Assembly: GCF_035084215.1 (NCBI RefSeq)
Contig: NC_090358.1
Coordinates: forward strand, 5,704,001 to 5,768,000
Length of the DNA stretch: 64,000 nt
Direction of reading: 5' to 3'
DNA from: Heptranchias perlo
Taxonomy: Eukaryota
A program made the position numbers and the translations under genes. Below are positions 1 to 12,229 of this stretch, piece after piece (the first letter of the stretch is position 1; each line of letters starts with the position of its first letter). The notes beneath the pieces are model-generated. The model saw only the letters and a list, made by a program, of their open reading frames with translations, did no database searches and had not been told where the DNA came from.

Positions 1-275
1 GTGAGTGAGTGGGATTCCTTGAAGGTTACCGCATTTATAGTCAGGGAACAATACCTGGTGATTACAGATAATCTTTCCAACTGCCCGTTGTCAAGGCAAT
101 CAAAGTGTTCAGACAGAGAGATGTTACATACAGGACCACCGAATATACAAACGGCCAGAACAAAAGACAGAGAGAGAGAGAGAAACATCCGAAAGGAAGA
201 GAAAGAGAGAGAATGACCCGTTGTATTAAAAACAGATAACTTTTTTTCGCTGGTGGGGTTACATGTAGCGTGACT
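1..275 (-). mobile_element. Probable Penelope-like element 3' fragment, truncated by the window edge
   Basis: Resembles recalled shark Penelope-like terminal sequence (ctggtggggttacatgtagcgtgac and GA-rich tract); no ORF evidence in the window. Confidence 0.35.
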
Positions 276-279
276 ACTA

Positions 280-2900
280 AAGGTACTGGTTAGCAATCTA
301 TAGTGCTAGCTGAACTAGGCAAACAGTGCAACATCATAGTTCAGCCAGGCGATCCTATTATGCATATAGAGGAATCCACACCAATTCTTCAGGAGCACTT
401 GAAGTTTGGCAGGTTTCCTGTGCAGGAAGTGAACATTGTTCCACCACAAAAAGGAGTTTAAATCCATGAATTGTAAAAGGTCTAAATAAGCACAACCACC
501 ATATTTACTGGATGAATTTTGTCCAGTGCCCGATGTTAGGTCCAGTGTTTGACTAGGTCTTACAAACAGCAACAAGGATCTCATGCTCCCTTTAGTGAAC
601 AATTTGTCATCGACCAGAAAGTTACAACTTCAAGTTCCAGTGGATATCTTCAATAGAACCAGCTGGTTTGCTGCTCCATAGACATGCCTGGCTCCACAGA
701 CTCAGTCTGCTATTGGATATCCAAACAAAATTTAGGCCAATGCTTTAGTTTTACAAAAAAAAAAATTGGTATGGCTGGCAAGGCATATTGTCTCTAAGGG
801 GACAAATGACCTTACAAATCAAAGCAGGGTTCCTTTTGGGGTCACAATGCCACCCATACTCCAGAATTCAAACACCCTCACTCTGCAAATAGCTAACCTG
901 CCAATATGAAGCATTATCACCCAGGTGGCTTCCTGTGCAGTCATGACAGCTGAGCCCTTACTCCATGACCAACCACTTCTACAGATTATCTGAGGGAAAA
1001 TCCATTTTTTTGGTGGGCGGGGGGGAAATAGTATCACTGCAAGGCTGCTAATATCAAGTCCCTTTTTGGTAGGCATTCGTTAAGTGTTTGTAGTAGCAAC
1101 ACATGCAAGTTTCCTTAAAAACTGCTATTAACTCTGTTATGTTACTCCAAAGCCCACCCCCTCCTATTAGGGGTTTACTTGGACAGAATCCAATGTTACT
1201 TGGTGCATAACTAAACAAGAAAAGGTTCATTACCCACCTTCAGTGGAGTCTTCTCCGTTATACATGTTAAATTATCTTTTACATACCTGCAATCCTTTCA
1301 CTCTGACCACTTATCTGGTGACATGGAGCCATTTTTGTACCTAATCAAATTAAAAACAGTTTAGCATTTGTACTGTGCTGTTCACTTTCTTAATCTTCCT
1401 AAGCTTAAAAGAAGAAATGATAAAATCTCATAACTGATACATCATATTTCAGTTCCAGTCTAGTTTCTGAATCTCGAGTCATAGTTCTAGTCTTATTAAT
1501 AGTCTTTTGAAACACTTTAGTCCTAACCTTAGCCTAGTCTTTGTTCCCAAATTTTAGTGGTATTTTAGGTTTTGTCTTTTGGGGGTGGGGGGGGGGTGGA
1601 ATTTATTAAAAATTTAGCTGCTGAAATTGGATACGAGCATATGAACGTTTAATGAGTTTGTCTGAAGTTCCCCTCTCTGCCATTTTTTCGGAGGTGTTAA
1701 CCCAGTCAAAATAAATGGATCAATACCTCCACTAAAATGGCAGAGAGAGAAATTTCAGATTAACATTTTGACCCGGGAATCCCTGGGCCTCAGAGGGCAA
1801 GACAGTAGCATAAAGGGAAGTGGGGGGGGGTGGGGTGGAAACTGAGGCAGGGCCTGCTTCCATCAGGTCTCTGCCCCTTTTTGTTGAGGATCAAAAATTC
1901 CAATGGTGGCAGGGTGGGTGGGAGTGGTACTCATTGCACCTGCCCTCTTCCCACCTGATGTCACTGAAAGAGGCAGAACCAGCAGGAGGATGGTCCCTAG
2001 CTAGAAATAATGCCAGTTCCACCTTGCAGCCTGCGTGATGTATGGAAGCACAGACCCAATTACAGTTTTCTAACAGTAATTGAAAGCGGTGAGAGAGAAA
2101 GGACAGGTACTCTTCAACCAGAACAACCAGCCGCCACCCCCTCCCCTCCTGCTGATGGAGCGACAAGGTACTGAGATATTCCTGGTTTCTCTTGGGCAAA
2201 CATCTATGGTGCAGGCATCCTTCATCTTTTGTTATTGACCCAGTCCTCCAGGATTTGGGACGTGGTCAATGCTGAGGCAAATGAGCAGCTGAAAGTCCTG
2301 CCTCTCTGCACTTCAGGCCCCTTCAAGTATCACAGGCACCATACAAGATAATTTTAGGGCCTTAGCTTTTGCTTTCCACATTTTGGTCCTAATTTTTTCA
2401 GGAATGTTTAGAAATTAACCAACTGACTCGAGTACCAAATGGGATGGCATTTGTCAGTTTCAATTTCCAATATTTGTTCCAAAAGTTGTAGGCTACCGAG
2501 TGGTATTGTTTTGTAGTAAACTTTTATATGTGGCACCTTTAGCGGTTCACACAGGAAAAAAAGCATGGAAACTCTAGTCCTACACCTAAGTTTATTGACT
2601 CTTTGAAAACCCTATGTAAGGCCTCTTGGCCCATGAAATTAAAAAAAGACAAACCAGCGAGAAAGACCATAAGTGTAAATTGAACTGATAGCCAGTGCCA
2701 TTGATTGTTTGAATCCCTAGCCATTTGTTTAGCACGGTGTTTTTCTAAATCCAAATTATATGCCATTTTTTCCTATTGGAAAATTATATCTGCATGTTTA
2801 TCTGATCACATTAGAATTGTATAGCGGTATTTAGTTATTTTAGAACAGTAACTGGTAACTGCCTATGCCTTGGGTCTGAATGTGTATATGTCACTATACT
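280..2900 (-). mobile_element. Possible highly decayed LTR-retroelement/ERV remnant
   Basis: Minus-strand fragments VVRVKGLQ...TPLKVG...CPSKPLIG (protease-like) and REHEILVAV / RPFTI (RT-RNaseH-like), broken by stops and frameshifts. Confidence 0.25.
1661..1759. repeat. Imperfect inverted repeat, about 44-bp arms with an 11-nt loop (MITE-like hairpin)
   Basis: tctgaagttcccctctctgccattttttcggaggtgttaaccca versus reverse complement of the right arm, tctgaaatttctctctctgccattttagtggaggtattgatcca. Confidence 0.8.
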
Positions 2901-2984
2901 AGAGCCAATAAATTATTCAACAGGCAATTAGCAGTCGGTACAAAAAGTTTGCGTTTTACAGATCTGAATTCCAATGGATTTCCA

Positions 2985-3360
2985 CTTTTTTGCCCCTCTC
3001 CTGAAGGCACAGACTCCCTCAATGAGATAGGGTTCCACAGATGACAATTGACCTCTGGTACCTTCACCCAAGCACTCTCACTTCATGGGGGAGCCTTGAT
3101 GGTGGGTGCTAACAGGCTATTTGACCTTGGAGGTCATCACCACCAAGCCTGATCCAGACGTCTCCTAACATCAATGTGTGCACACTTTCTAGCTGGAATC
3201 ACTGGTTAGCATTTAAAAGGTGGGAACCCGGGCTGATTTTCCCCAATCCAGGGGTACTGGGTCCAAATGCATCACTCCTACCGCTACCCCAGCTGAGATC
3301 AGCTAACTTAGCACAGATCACAGTTGGAACTGGTACCTTCCTGGTTTGTATGGCTCAAAG
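2985..3360 (-). mobile_element. tRNA-derived SINE, family A (core tctgtgctgagttagctgatctcagc)
   Basis: Same sequence recurs more than 10 times in the window; the copy at about 13640-13945 shows a B-box GGTTCGATTCC on the minus strand. Confidence 0.65.
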
Positions 3361-3374
3361 TCAGAGACTATGTG

Positions 3375-3504
3375 GGCAATTTTAACCCGAGAAACTGATG
3401 GGATCGGGTGCAATGCTGGTTTTACACCCCGCCCGATTTTACTCTCCATTGAAGCCAATGAGGACTAATAGCAGGCAGGGAGAAAATCCAGTGTTGCACC
3501 CGAT
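3375..3504. mobile_element. Palindromic MITE-like element (centre cattgaagccaatg); right end cut by a CR1
   Basis: atcgggtgcaatgctgg...ccagtgttgcacccgat inverted arms; related element at about 9712-9827. Confidence 0.55.
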
Positions 3505-4163
3505 AGGGCAGACGTAGAGGAGATGGTGGATAGAGAGAAACTATTTCCGCTGGTTGGGGATTCTAGGAGTAGGGGGCACAGTCTAAAAATTAGAGCCAGA
3601 CCTTTCAGGAGCGAGATTAGAAAACGTTTCTACACACAAAGGGTGGTAGAAGTTTGGAACTCTCTTCCGCAAACGGCAATTGATACTAGCTCAATTGCTA
3701 AATTTAAATCTGAGATAGATAGCTTTTTGGCAACCAAAGGTATTAAGGTATATGGGCCAAAGGCAGGTATATGGAGCTAGATCACAGATCAGCCATGATC
3801 TTATCAAATGGCGGAGCAGGCACGAGGGGCTGAATGGCCTACTCCTGTTCCTATGTTTCCGCTTGTTGGGGAGTCCAAAACTAGGGGCTATAAATAAAGA
3901 TAGTCACTAATAAATCCAATAAGCAATTCAAGAGAAACTTCTTTACTCAGAAAGTGATTAGAATGAGGAGCCTGCTACCACATGGGGTGGTTGGGGCAAA
4001 TAGCATAGAGACATTTAAGGGGAATCTAGATAAGTACATGAGGGAGAAAGGAATCAAAGGATATGTTGATAGGCTGAGATAAAGTAAGGTGGAAGGAGAC
4101 GTATGTGAAGCATAAACACCGCCATAGACCTGTTGGGCCAAACAGCCTGTTTCTGTCCTGTAA
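3502..4163 (+). mobile_element. Older CR1 LINE 3' fragment, split by the 3526-3855 insertion
   Basis: gatagggcagacgtagaggagatg|...|tttccgcttgttggggagtcc reads DRADVEEM/FPLVGES; tail ggccaaacagcctgtttctgtcctgtaa. Confidence 0.8.
3526..3855 (+). mobile_element. Young CR1 LINE 3' fragment (ORF2 C-terminus plus tail)
   Basis: VDREKLFPLVGDSRSRGHSLKI...FYTQRVVEVWNSLP; tail ggcctactcctgttcctatg. Confidence 0.9.
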
Positions 4164-5954
4164 ATGCAACCGGGAGCCTTCAGGGCAACCTGAATTTCCA
4201 GTTTTTAAGATGCCTAAACAAAGCTGCTTTTAAGTTTTTATTTATTAAACCCATATATTAGTGCAGCTCCAAAAAAGCTATCATTTCAATTATATTTGTT
4301 CTGATTGTACATTTAATTTTAAATTATTTCTCGGAAAATGGCTTTGTCCAATGCCAATTCTGTGATGTTTGGACAGTGGAATTGTGTGTGTTTAGTTTTT
4401 TGTTTGTGAACCTTTAATCTTAATAAACTTCTTAATTACCAGTGTGAGGTAAGATCAAAATAAGCCCTCCTGTTATTTCCCCTCTCAATAAATAAATCAA
4501 TATGTAAATCACTCAGAACTGTATGATAAGTGTTTATGAAGCACTTTATGCTCATTATATTTTCCTTTTGAATGACCACACTGCCACTATATCATCCACC
4601 CACAACATTGCCTTGTGTTTTAAGTCATATTATCTACTTATCTGGGAGGAAAGCTTCATTATTTCACATTTAATTAAGCATTCTACAATCATGGTATACA
4701 CGCAGTAAATTCTATCTGAAGCACTCCGCGACTGATAATCATTTCCTAACCATTAATTTCTATTGTAATATGTGAACTTGATCAGACGCTGTCACAATAC
4801 AGTGGAGCTCTTCCACTGTATCCTCGTATTATATCATTTGAATGCTATTTTCCTGCCTCGATCTGTTATTTTAATTGCCGTGTCATTCCTCACCACATTT
4901 CTATAACCCAGGAAGATTGGGTGAGCTTATAACTTGGCTGTGTACAAAATTGCTTCGAACGCAAGTCTGAATAGCCTCAAATAGCGAACCGCAATTGTGA
5001 AAATATACATAGGTTTGTTCTTTTTCTGGTGGCACAGCAGCCAAATGTTACTGGCAAGGTTGTGAGGTCACAGACTACAATTCTTAGGAAAACTCTAATG
5101 CTTCTTTTATATCTTGCTGTCAAATTTATGATGACTTCACTCTCAGCTTGTGGCTTGTTAGGAAAGGCCAACTATTATTAAAGCAACAAATCCTGGTCCC
5201 TGTTGTGTAAGGAAGGGAACCTAACTAGGACTGTTAAAAGTCTTGTGTGCGGTATGTGCACACACACACAGGAAGACAACACACAGTGTGTTTTCGTTTT
5301 TGTTTCTTTTCCACCTGTCCCCCACATCGTCTCATCTTCGTCCAGTCTGCCATCACAGGGATCTGTTCAGGTAACTCTCAATGGCCGAAGGATTGTGCCA
5401 GCTTGTGATTGTAAAGCCCTAGAAGAAGATGGCAACTTTCTGTTGTTTCCTTCAACACCTTGGGGCCTCAACTTCCTTCACTCTATCTTTGAGGCTTAGG
5501 GAGTCCTGGTACCATGACACAGTGGTGATTTGACAGAAGCTATGCTGGTGGTTGGCCAGGTGAGCTAAGCCAGTCCCAACCTCCTCCTTTAGAATTACAG
5601 CACCAAAGTGCTCACCAAGAACTGGTAAAACTTGACCAAATTTTGGGTTTGAACCCCACTTATAGAAAGAATTTGGCACTTACCTTATCATGTCCTCACA
5701 AATGTCCCAAAGTACTTAACAACCAACGAATTTGAGGAGCCACCCGGTTCAGGTAACATTAAAATGGAGGAAAACTAAGGTTGTCTTTCACGTGACAGAT
5801 TATACTGTTATACCACAGTCTTTACACGTGGTAATAGGAGGTATGAGGTGAGCAAAGCCACTGGATGTTGGGTCCACATGGGCCATAAGGAGATGGTGCC
5901 TGTGCATTTATTAAATGTAACTCAGTTAGAGGTAGAGAGCGACCTTAAAGATTA

Positions 5955-6180
5955 TGTCTAGGCCTTAAACTCTGGAATTCGATCCCCAAACCTATTTGCC
6001 TCTCCAACTCGCTCTCCTCCTTTAGGATGCTGCTTGAAACCTACCACTTTGACCAAGCATTTGGTCACCTTTCCTTCTTTGGCTTGGTTTTTGTCTGATT
6101 ATGCTCCTGCGACAGCTTCTTGAAAAATTTTACTATGTTGAAGGCACTATATAAATACAAGTTGTTGTTGTTGTTGTTGA
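5955..6180 (+). mobile_element. L2-type LINE 3' end; second fragment at about 6355-6510
   Basis: ctctggaattc...cctaccactttgaccaagcatttggtcacc...gcactatataaatacaagttgttg (LWNS...FDQAF region plus tail). Confidence 0.7.
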
Positions 6181-6639
6181 AGTGTCGTCACTGTTATGTG
6201 GACAAACGCAGAAAATGAATTAATGACCACATTACATTTTGTATCATGGGATCTACACCTCACATGCAGAACCATGGGCAGGCCAGCATGTTAAAATAGC
6301 ATAGGACTATCATGAATGCAAATAGGCTAAATGTTCATCTGCTAATATTCTAGGCTTTTTAAATCCTACCTCTTTACCCAAGTTTTTGGTCACCTGTCCT
6401 AATGTCTCCTTCTTTGACATAGTGTAAATTTTTGTCTCATTACACTTCTATGAAACGCCTTGGGACATTTTACTACGTTGACAGCACTATATAAATGCAG
6501 GTGGTTGTTATTACATGTCATCACTGCAGAATAATAGTCACAGATTGGTGCTGAATTAGGGGGACTACTTTCCAGCTCTAATACAGAAAATTGAGGGAAC
6601 TAAGAGCAAAATATACAGTGGGCTGTTTTGCTCCTGATT

Positions 6640-6900
6640 GCTTAATGAGTAAAGGCACCACCCCTAGATCTAAAGTTCCCTGGTTTCATTCCCTGTCTGT
6701 ACCAAACCAGTTGATCCTAGGCAGGGCAACGATTTTGACTGCCACAATTGGTCTTTAATTAGAGAGGGGAAAGTTTTTTAAAAATCGGTCAGGGCTTCTG
6801 CTCTTGGTCACTGTCACAGTAACTCCTGCTGGAAAGTTTAGATGCTGGATAAGGCCAGGATCGAGCTTGATCGAAAATCTCTTCTCTTTCCTGTTGTTGA
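6640..6900 (+). mobile_element. SINE family A, degenerate copy
   Basis: Similarity to the other family A copies. Confidence 0.45.
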
Positions 6901-6924
6901 ACGGCCTCCAACACTTACTGTCTA

Positions 6925-7075
6925 AAGAAAGAACGAACTTGCACTTATACAGCACCTTCCACAACTTCAAAGCGCTTCACAGCCAATTAAGTACTTTTGA
7001 ATTGTAGCCACTGTTGTAATGTAGGGAAATGTGGCAGCCAAGATGCGCACAGCAAGATGCCACAGAAGCAATGTT
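6925..7075 (-). mobile_element. Deu-domain SINE 3' fragment
   Basis: Reverse complement of the 10395-10785 tail. Confidence 0.7.
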
Positions 7076-8459
7076 TCCGAGATGAAGAATAGCTGCTTGG
7101 GACTACAATCCAGCCTTTAGGAGAAACTTTAAAAATATGTATATATGTATGTTTTGGGCTGTCAAAGTTATAAAGGAATGCTGATATACACACATAGACA
7201 TAAACACATATAAATACCAGATTGTCCGATTATTGCATTGTCATAAACTATAGAATGACCAGAACCAGTGCTCCAGAGAAAGGAACTTTGCTGTAAATAA
7301 TACGTTGCCTTTCCCTGTAGTCACAGCAGGAGAAAAATACAGAAACCTTTTGGAAATGCAGTTTGACAGAATGACTGCTGCTGTTAATAGAGACATTGTG
7401 TAGATACGTTTCTGGTCATTTTGGAATGCAGTCCATGTGGGGGCCAGCCACAGGGATACAACAGCTGAAATCACACTGCAAATACTATCAGTCATGACTG
7501 GAAGCACAAAGGTTGCAGACTAGAAGTTATAGACTTAACTTTGTCTTAATCGCACCATGTGTCACAACCTGCTGGCAGCTAACAGTACGATGAATGAGAT
7601 CACTGAGCTATTGCCTTACAGAACTAGACTAAAGTGTGACAAATTTATTTCCTTGAAGGAAGGAGACACTTTAGGCGGAGTTTTTATCCGTTTATATTTA
7701 TCATTTTACCATTTCTTGTAAGTTCTGACAGATGTAGTTCGGTGTAGCTGCAGCCCAAGAGAAAGTGTTGTTTTTTATAGATCTTTTTGGGGTGAAATTT
7801 ATAGCTGGTGCTGCAAAATGAGTGGAGGTTGATCCTTTAACAAGAGTTTTGGTTTATATTCTCTGTTTATGGTTTGCTTTCTAAATAATTTTTTTTCTCC
7901 CACCTCTTTTTTACATCCCTCATCATCTTCGTCTCCTGCATAATGGTAGTGGCCCTCTCTGGTCAAGAGGGTGGAATGATCCATCCTGTAGGCATCTCCA
8001 CAGATCCTGCAAGTGACATTCCATGGTCAGCCTGCATGAGGCAGGCTTCAGTGATGTCGGAAGATACCTCCAGGCAGCCAAAATGCTCAGTATTTGCCAC
8101 GAGAAAGGAAGGAAGGAAAGAGAGAGAGAGATTGCGGGAAAAAGACCACTGGCTTAACTAGTTAATCCACAAACAAAGACCAACATATGCAAAACTCTTC
8201 ATCACTGCACATCTACTGAAATAGAACATCTATTGAAATAGTTTCTCGACAATCTCCTCTTTGCTAAGATTCGTTTCTCTGCAACGTAGTAAACTGAACA
8301 TTTTATAAATGTAATTGTTCACTGTTATACATTGTTAGAAATGAGGCTAAATGTAGATCCTTTCAGGTTGGCTCTACCACTGAGGAAGCCTTGGATGTAA
8401 AATGTCAACTGGACGGATTGGCGTGGATGGCCTGATTAGCTTTTCCTCACGCTGGACCT

Positions 8460-8670
8460 TGTTTTTAGAATCATAGAATCTTACAACGCAGAATCTTATA
8501 GGCCATTCAGCCCATTGTGCATGTGCTATCTCTTTGAAAGAGCTACCCACTCCCCTGCTTTTTCCTTTTTCAAGTATATATCCAATTCCCTTTTGAAAGT
8601 TACTCTTGACTCCACTTCCACCCCTCCTTTTTAGCAGTGTGTTCCAGATCATAACAACTTGCTGTGTTAA
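8460..8670 (-). mobile_element. CR1 LINE 3' fragment
   Basis: tagaatcatagaatc tail; ccaattcccttttgaaagttact motif shared with the 21100 and 47130 copies. Confidence 0.75.
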
Positions 8671-9711
8671 AAAAAAAATTCTATATAAATTCTATTAAAA
8701 TGCTGCTGTAGAGTTGAGCCATTGTATTGGATTATCTTATCTATTGCTTCAAAAACTCCTTTCACCTCACCGCAAAAAAGTAAGTTAATAAAAATTTTTA
8801 AAAATCTTCTCCCACCTCATATTTCTATCAATGACAGTGTTTGTAGCACCAAAATACCCTGTACGCTTTGTCATACACTCTGTATGTTGACAATTCCAGT
8901 ATTCGTCCAAGGGCAGCACTGCAAGATTAATACTGTTCGCTGTGTGACATTGACAAGTGGAGTCTCCATAACTGACCAAATTGCAAGATTTTCTTACTCA
9001 TTCCAAAAACTATCTGAGCCTGGGTTCGCACTTCTATGTCTGTATTATCAACCATCCAACTAAGGAAAGGCAGCATGCAGCTGACATCAGCAGAGCAGAC
9101 TTCACCAGTCGCAATAAAGAGCCAGGACACAGTGTCAATCAAACAATCAGAGCATGAGAAAGTCTGGGGAGGGTGGGATGCGTCTAGCTGGTGAAGGTGG
9201 CCCTAGATTGCAGATGGCACTGTCCAAAGTATGAATGCAAAGAGTTACAAGGAAGGGGTGTGTCTCCGAATCCCAGGTGTGCCTTAGATTGCATCTGCAG
9301 TTATCCAGAATTCTAAAGCTTCTGCGAGCCTAAAGCAGCCTCTGAAATCTAGGTTTTCACCCTGGTAAGAGTTTCGTCAAGTTGAAAGGTCTATGTCAGT
9401 GACGGGGTGATATAAATTAATACCTAGAAATGAGTGACTTGCTTTGGGTGCCCACCACCTTTGGTGTAGACAAAGTGCTGATTGGTGAGACAGGCCACAA
9501 AGGATCAGCAAAAATAAAAACAGAAGAACCATGAAGGACTGGAGATGGGAGGACAATTAACTGGTATGTGGAACTTTCAACTCCTCATTTCAGAGCAAAT
9601 AAGTCTAAGATGATCTAAGTACTATATTAACGTAGTTTTCAACTTTACATCTGTGTTTAGTTAGTTTTGAATGTAATTATAAACCAGAAATAAGAGTTTG
9701 ATGGAGTACAA

Positions 9712-9827
9712 TAGCCCCAATTTAAAGCTAACCTGCCCAGCGAGAATAGGGTGAGTTCGGGTCGGAGGCCTGTTTTACACTCCGCCTGAATTTACATTCC
9801 CAACAGGTTAGGTTAAAATCAGGGCTA
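9712..9827. mobile_element. MITE-like element with terminal inverted repeats
   Basis: tagccccaatttaaa ... ttaaaatcagggcta ends; internal ttttacactccgcctga resembles the 3375 element. Confidence 0.5.
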
Positions 9828-10394
9828 ATACGTTCCTGCCTCTGTGCAGTTCAAGTGTTTTCTAACCAGTACAACATAAATTTTCAAACTGGGATCCATG
9901 AAATCCCAGGGAGTCTGTGGGGTCATTAGATTTCTGTCTATCTGAGACCATGCATACCGTACACTGTGAGATTATTGTCTCGATAATTCTGTTCTGTGTT
10001 GCCGTGCACTAAAAAAAAATTCTAAATTTTTATTACTGCTTTCCTTTGAGTAGCTGCTACTGTCTTTCAGAAGTTAGGACAAGGGTTCCTGAGAGTGTGT
10101 CAATATTTGCAGAGGGTCTCCCCACTTAGAAACGTTTGAAAACCATTGCTATAAAAAAATTTCCCCAGTATTTCCTCCAACTCCTGTAAGAAGCAGTAAT
10201 CGCTTGAAAAGCACAGATCAAAACCAATAAAGTTCTTAATTTTTTTTCCAAATTTCTTCCCTTTCCCCTCCTCTCCTGAAAGTGCTGACTCTTGTTGGTA
10301 TTCAGTTCCACAGATGGCAGCTGCCAAATGGCCAACTTCATGTGTGAGCCTAGACAGTGAACATCAGCACGCTGTTTAACATAGGGAACATGAG

Positions 10395-10785
10395 CCACTC
10401 CAGAGACTTGAGCACATAATCCAGGGTAACACTCCCAATGCCAGTACTGAGGGAGTGCTGCACTGTTGGAGGTGCCATCTTTCGGATGCGACGTTAAACC
10501 GAGGCCCCGTCTGCCCTCTCAAGTGGAAGTCAAAGATCCCTTGGCACTATTTCGAAGAAGAGCAGGGGAGTTCTCCCAGGTGTCCTGGCCAATAATTATC
10601 CCTCATCTAACATCACAAACAGATTTTCTGGTCATTGATGTTTGTGGGTCCTTGCTATGTGCAAATTGGCTGCCGTGTTTCCTACATCACAACAGTGGCT
10701 ACACTTCAAAAGTACTTCATTGGCGCTTTGGGATATTCTGAGGTCACGAAAGGCACTATATAAATGCAAGTTATTTCGTTCTTCT
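10395..10785 (+). mobile_element. Deu-domain SINE (SacSINE1/AmnSINE1-like), near-complete body
   Basis: ggaggtgccatctttcggatg...aaaccgagg...aaagatccc.tggcact...ggtgtcctggccaa...gcactatataaatgcaag matches the recalled DeuSINE central domain and an L2-like tail. Confidence 0.8.
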
Positions 10786-11464
10786 TTAAGGCAACGCCAT
10801 ATTCATTTGTTGTGCAATGCATCTTGAGATTCAGGCAGACTGGCCAAGTGCCATTCATTAGGAATGACAATCGCTTTTTTTTGGTGACCTGTTTTGATAT
10901 CTCGTGTTCTTAAAAATAAACACAGCTCCATATGTTTTAAACGGGCTTCCAATCTGTCTCACTGTTACTGGTCATAAATGTCACTCCTAATATTTATGAG
11001 ACGCTGACAGCTCAGGACGCGTGAAATTCCAAACACTTCTTAGCTGTGCTGGGTTCAGGCTTGATGAACATTGCTGGGTTCAGTTTGAAAGGTTCCACCG
11101 CGGGCTGCTATGTGCACTGCTATCAGGTGGGAACATTCAAGTACAAACCCCTTGACACTACTGACGTTTTGTAAAAGCTTTCTACACCAGCCAATCACAT
11201 GATTGAAACCATTAAATTGTTTCCCACCTCCCCCTCCCCCGATTCTCTCTCTTCCTTGCTGAAGCTGCTGAATTTCGCACAAGTGCTGGCAGCTTTCTGA
11301 CGCCTCACCCAAGTGGTCATTCTTCATGTATGAGGCAAAGCTGATTCTTCCCCCTCCCTGGCTCGGGGACATTGAGTCGACTTCCTGGCCCCATCCTGGC
11401 TGAAATCAACAACCCAGCAATGGCCAGAGGTCAAACCTGGGACATTCTAGTCTGTGTAATTTAT

Positions 11465-11600
11465 TTCTCTCTCCCTCTCTTTGTCTCTCTGTCTCTCCCT
11501 CTCTCCTTCTCTCTTTTCCCACCCCTCTCTCTCTTCCCCCCTCTCTCTTCCTGCCCTCCCTCTCTCTCTCTCTGCCTCTGTCTCTGTCTCTCCCTCTCCC
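11465..11600. repeat. (TC)n-rich low-complexity tract
   Basis: Visible in sequence. Confidence 0.9.
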
Positions 11601-11789
11601 CCATAAGAGCATAATTTCCTTGTAACACATCTCTCAGAAGAGATTTGCCTGGGATCAGCAAATCGCTGTAATTTGGGTAACAGAAACATGAATTGTATTG
11701 TGACATCAGGTGTTCATCTAGATACATTGCAGAGGGGAGCAATGAGGCAGCTCTGTGGTGGCAGAGAGAAGAGCTATGAGCAGCTCCTG

Positions 11790-12140
11790 TTAGGGGTATG
11801 ATAGTATAGTGGTTATGATACTGGACTAGCAGCTGGGAGGTCATGAGTTCAATCCCACCGTGGCAAGTTGTGAAATTGAATTCAATAAATCTGTTAAATT
11901 GTGGCTGGCACCAGGAAGAAAAGTGAATGCTGCTGGATTATTGTTTAAAAAAACTGGACTCGTTTACTAATGTCCTTCAGGGAAGAGAAGCTGCCGCGCC
12001 TGCTCAGTCTGGTCTACATGCAACTCCAATCTCACACTACATGGTTGACTCTAACTGCCCTCTCGAGTGGTCTAGCCAAGTAGTCTAAGAAGGTCACTGG
12101 GCAACAGTTTTGCCCACATCCTACGAGCAAATAATAAAAA
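11790..12140 (+). mobile_element. tRNA-derived SINE, family B
   Basis: A-box-like tagtatagtgg, B-box gagttcaatccc, A-rich tail; related copies at about 53370-53620 and 55965-57070. Confidence 0.7.
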
Positions 12141-12229
12141 AAGGCTTGATAAGTGAAGGCTTGTCAACCTCAGCAGAGATGTCTCTGAGAGAACTTTATA
12201 GAGGTATATATGGTAGAGAAAGTAAACCT

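Noticed and set aside
11790-11860. tRNA gene
   Set aside because: A/B boxes are present but there is no cloverleaf; it continues into a SINE body found elsewhere in the window
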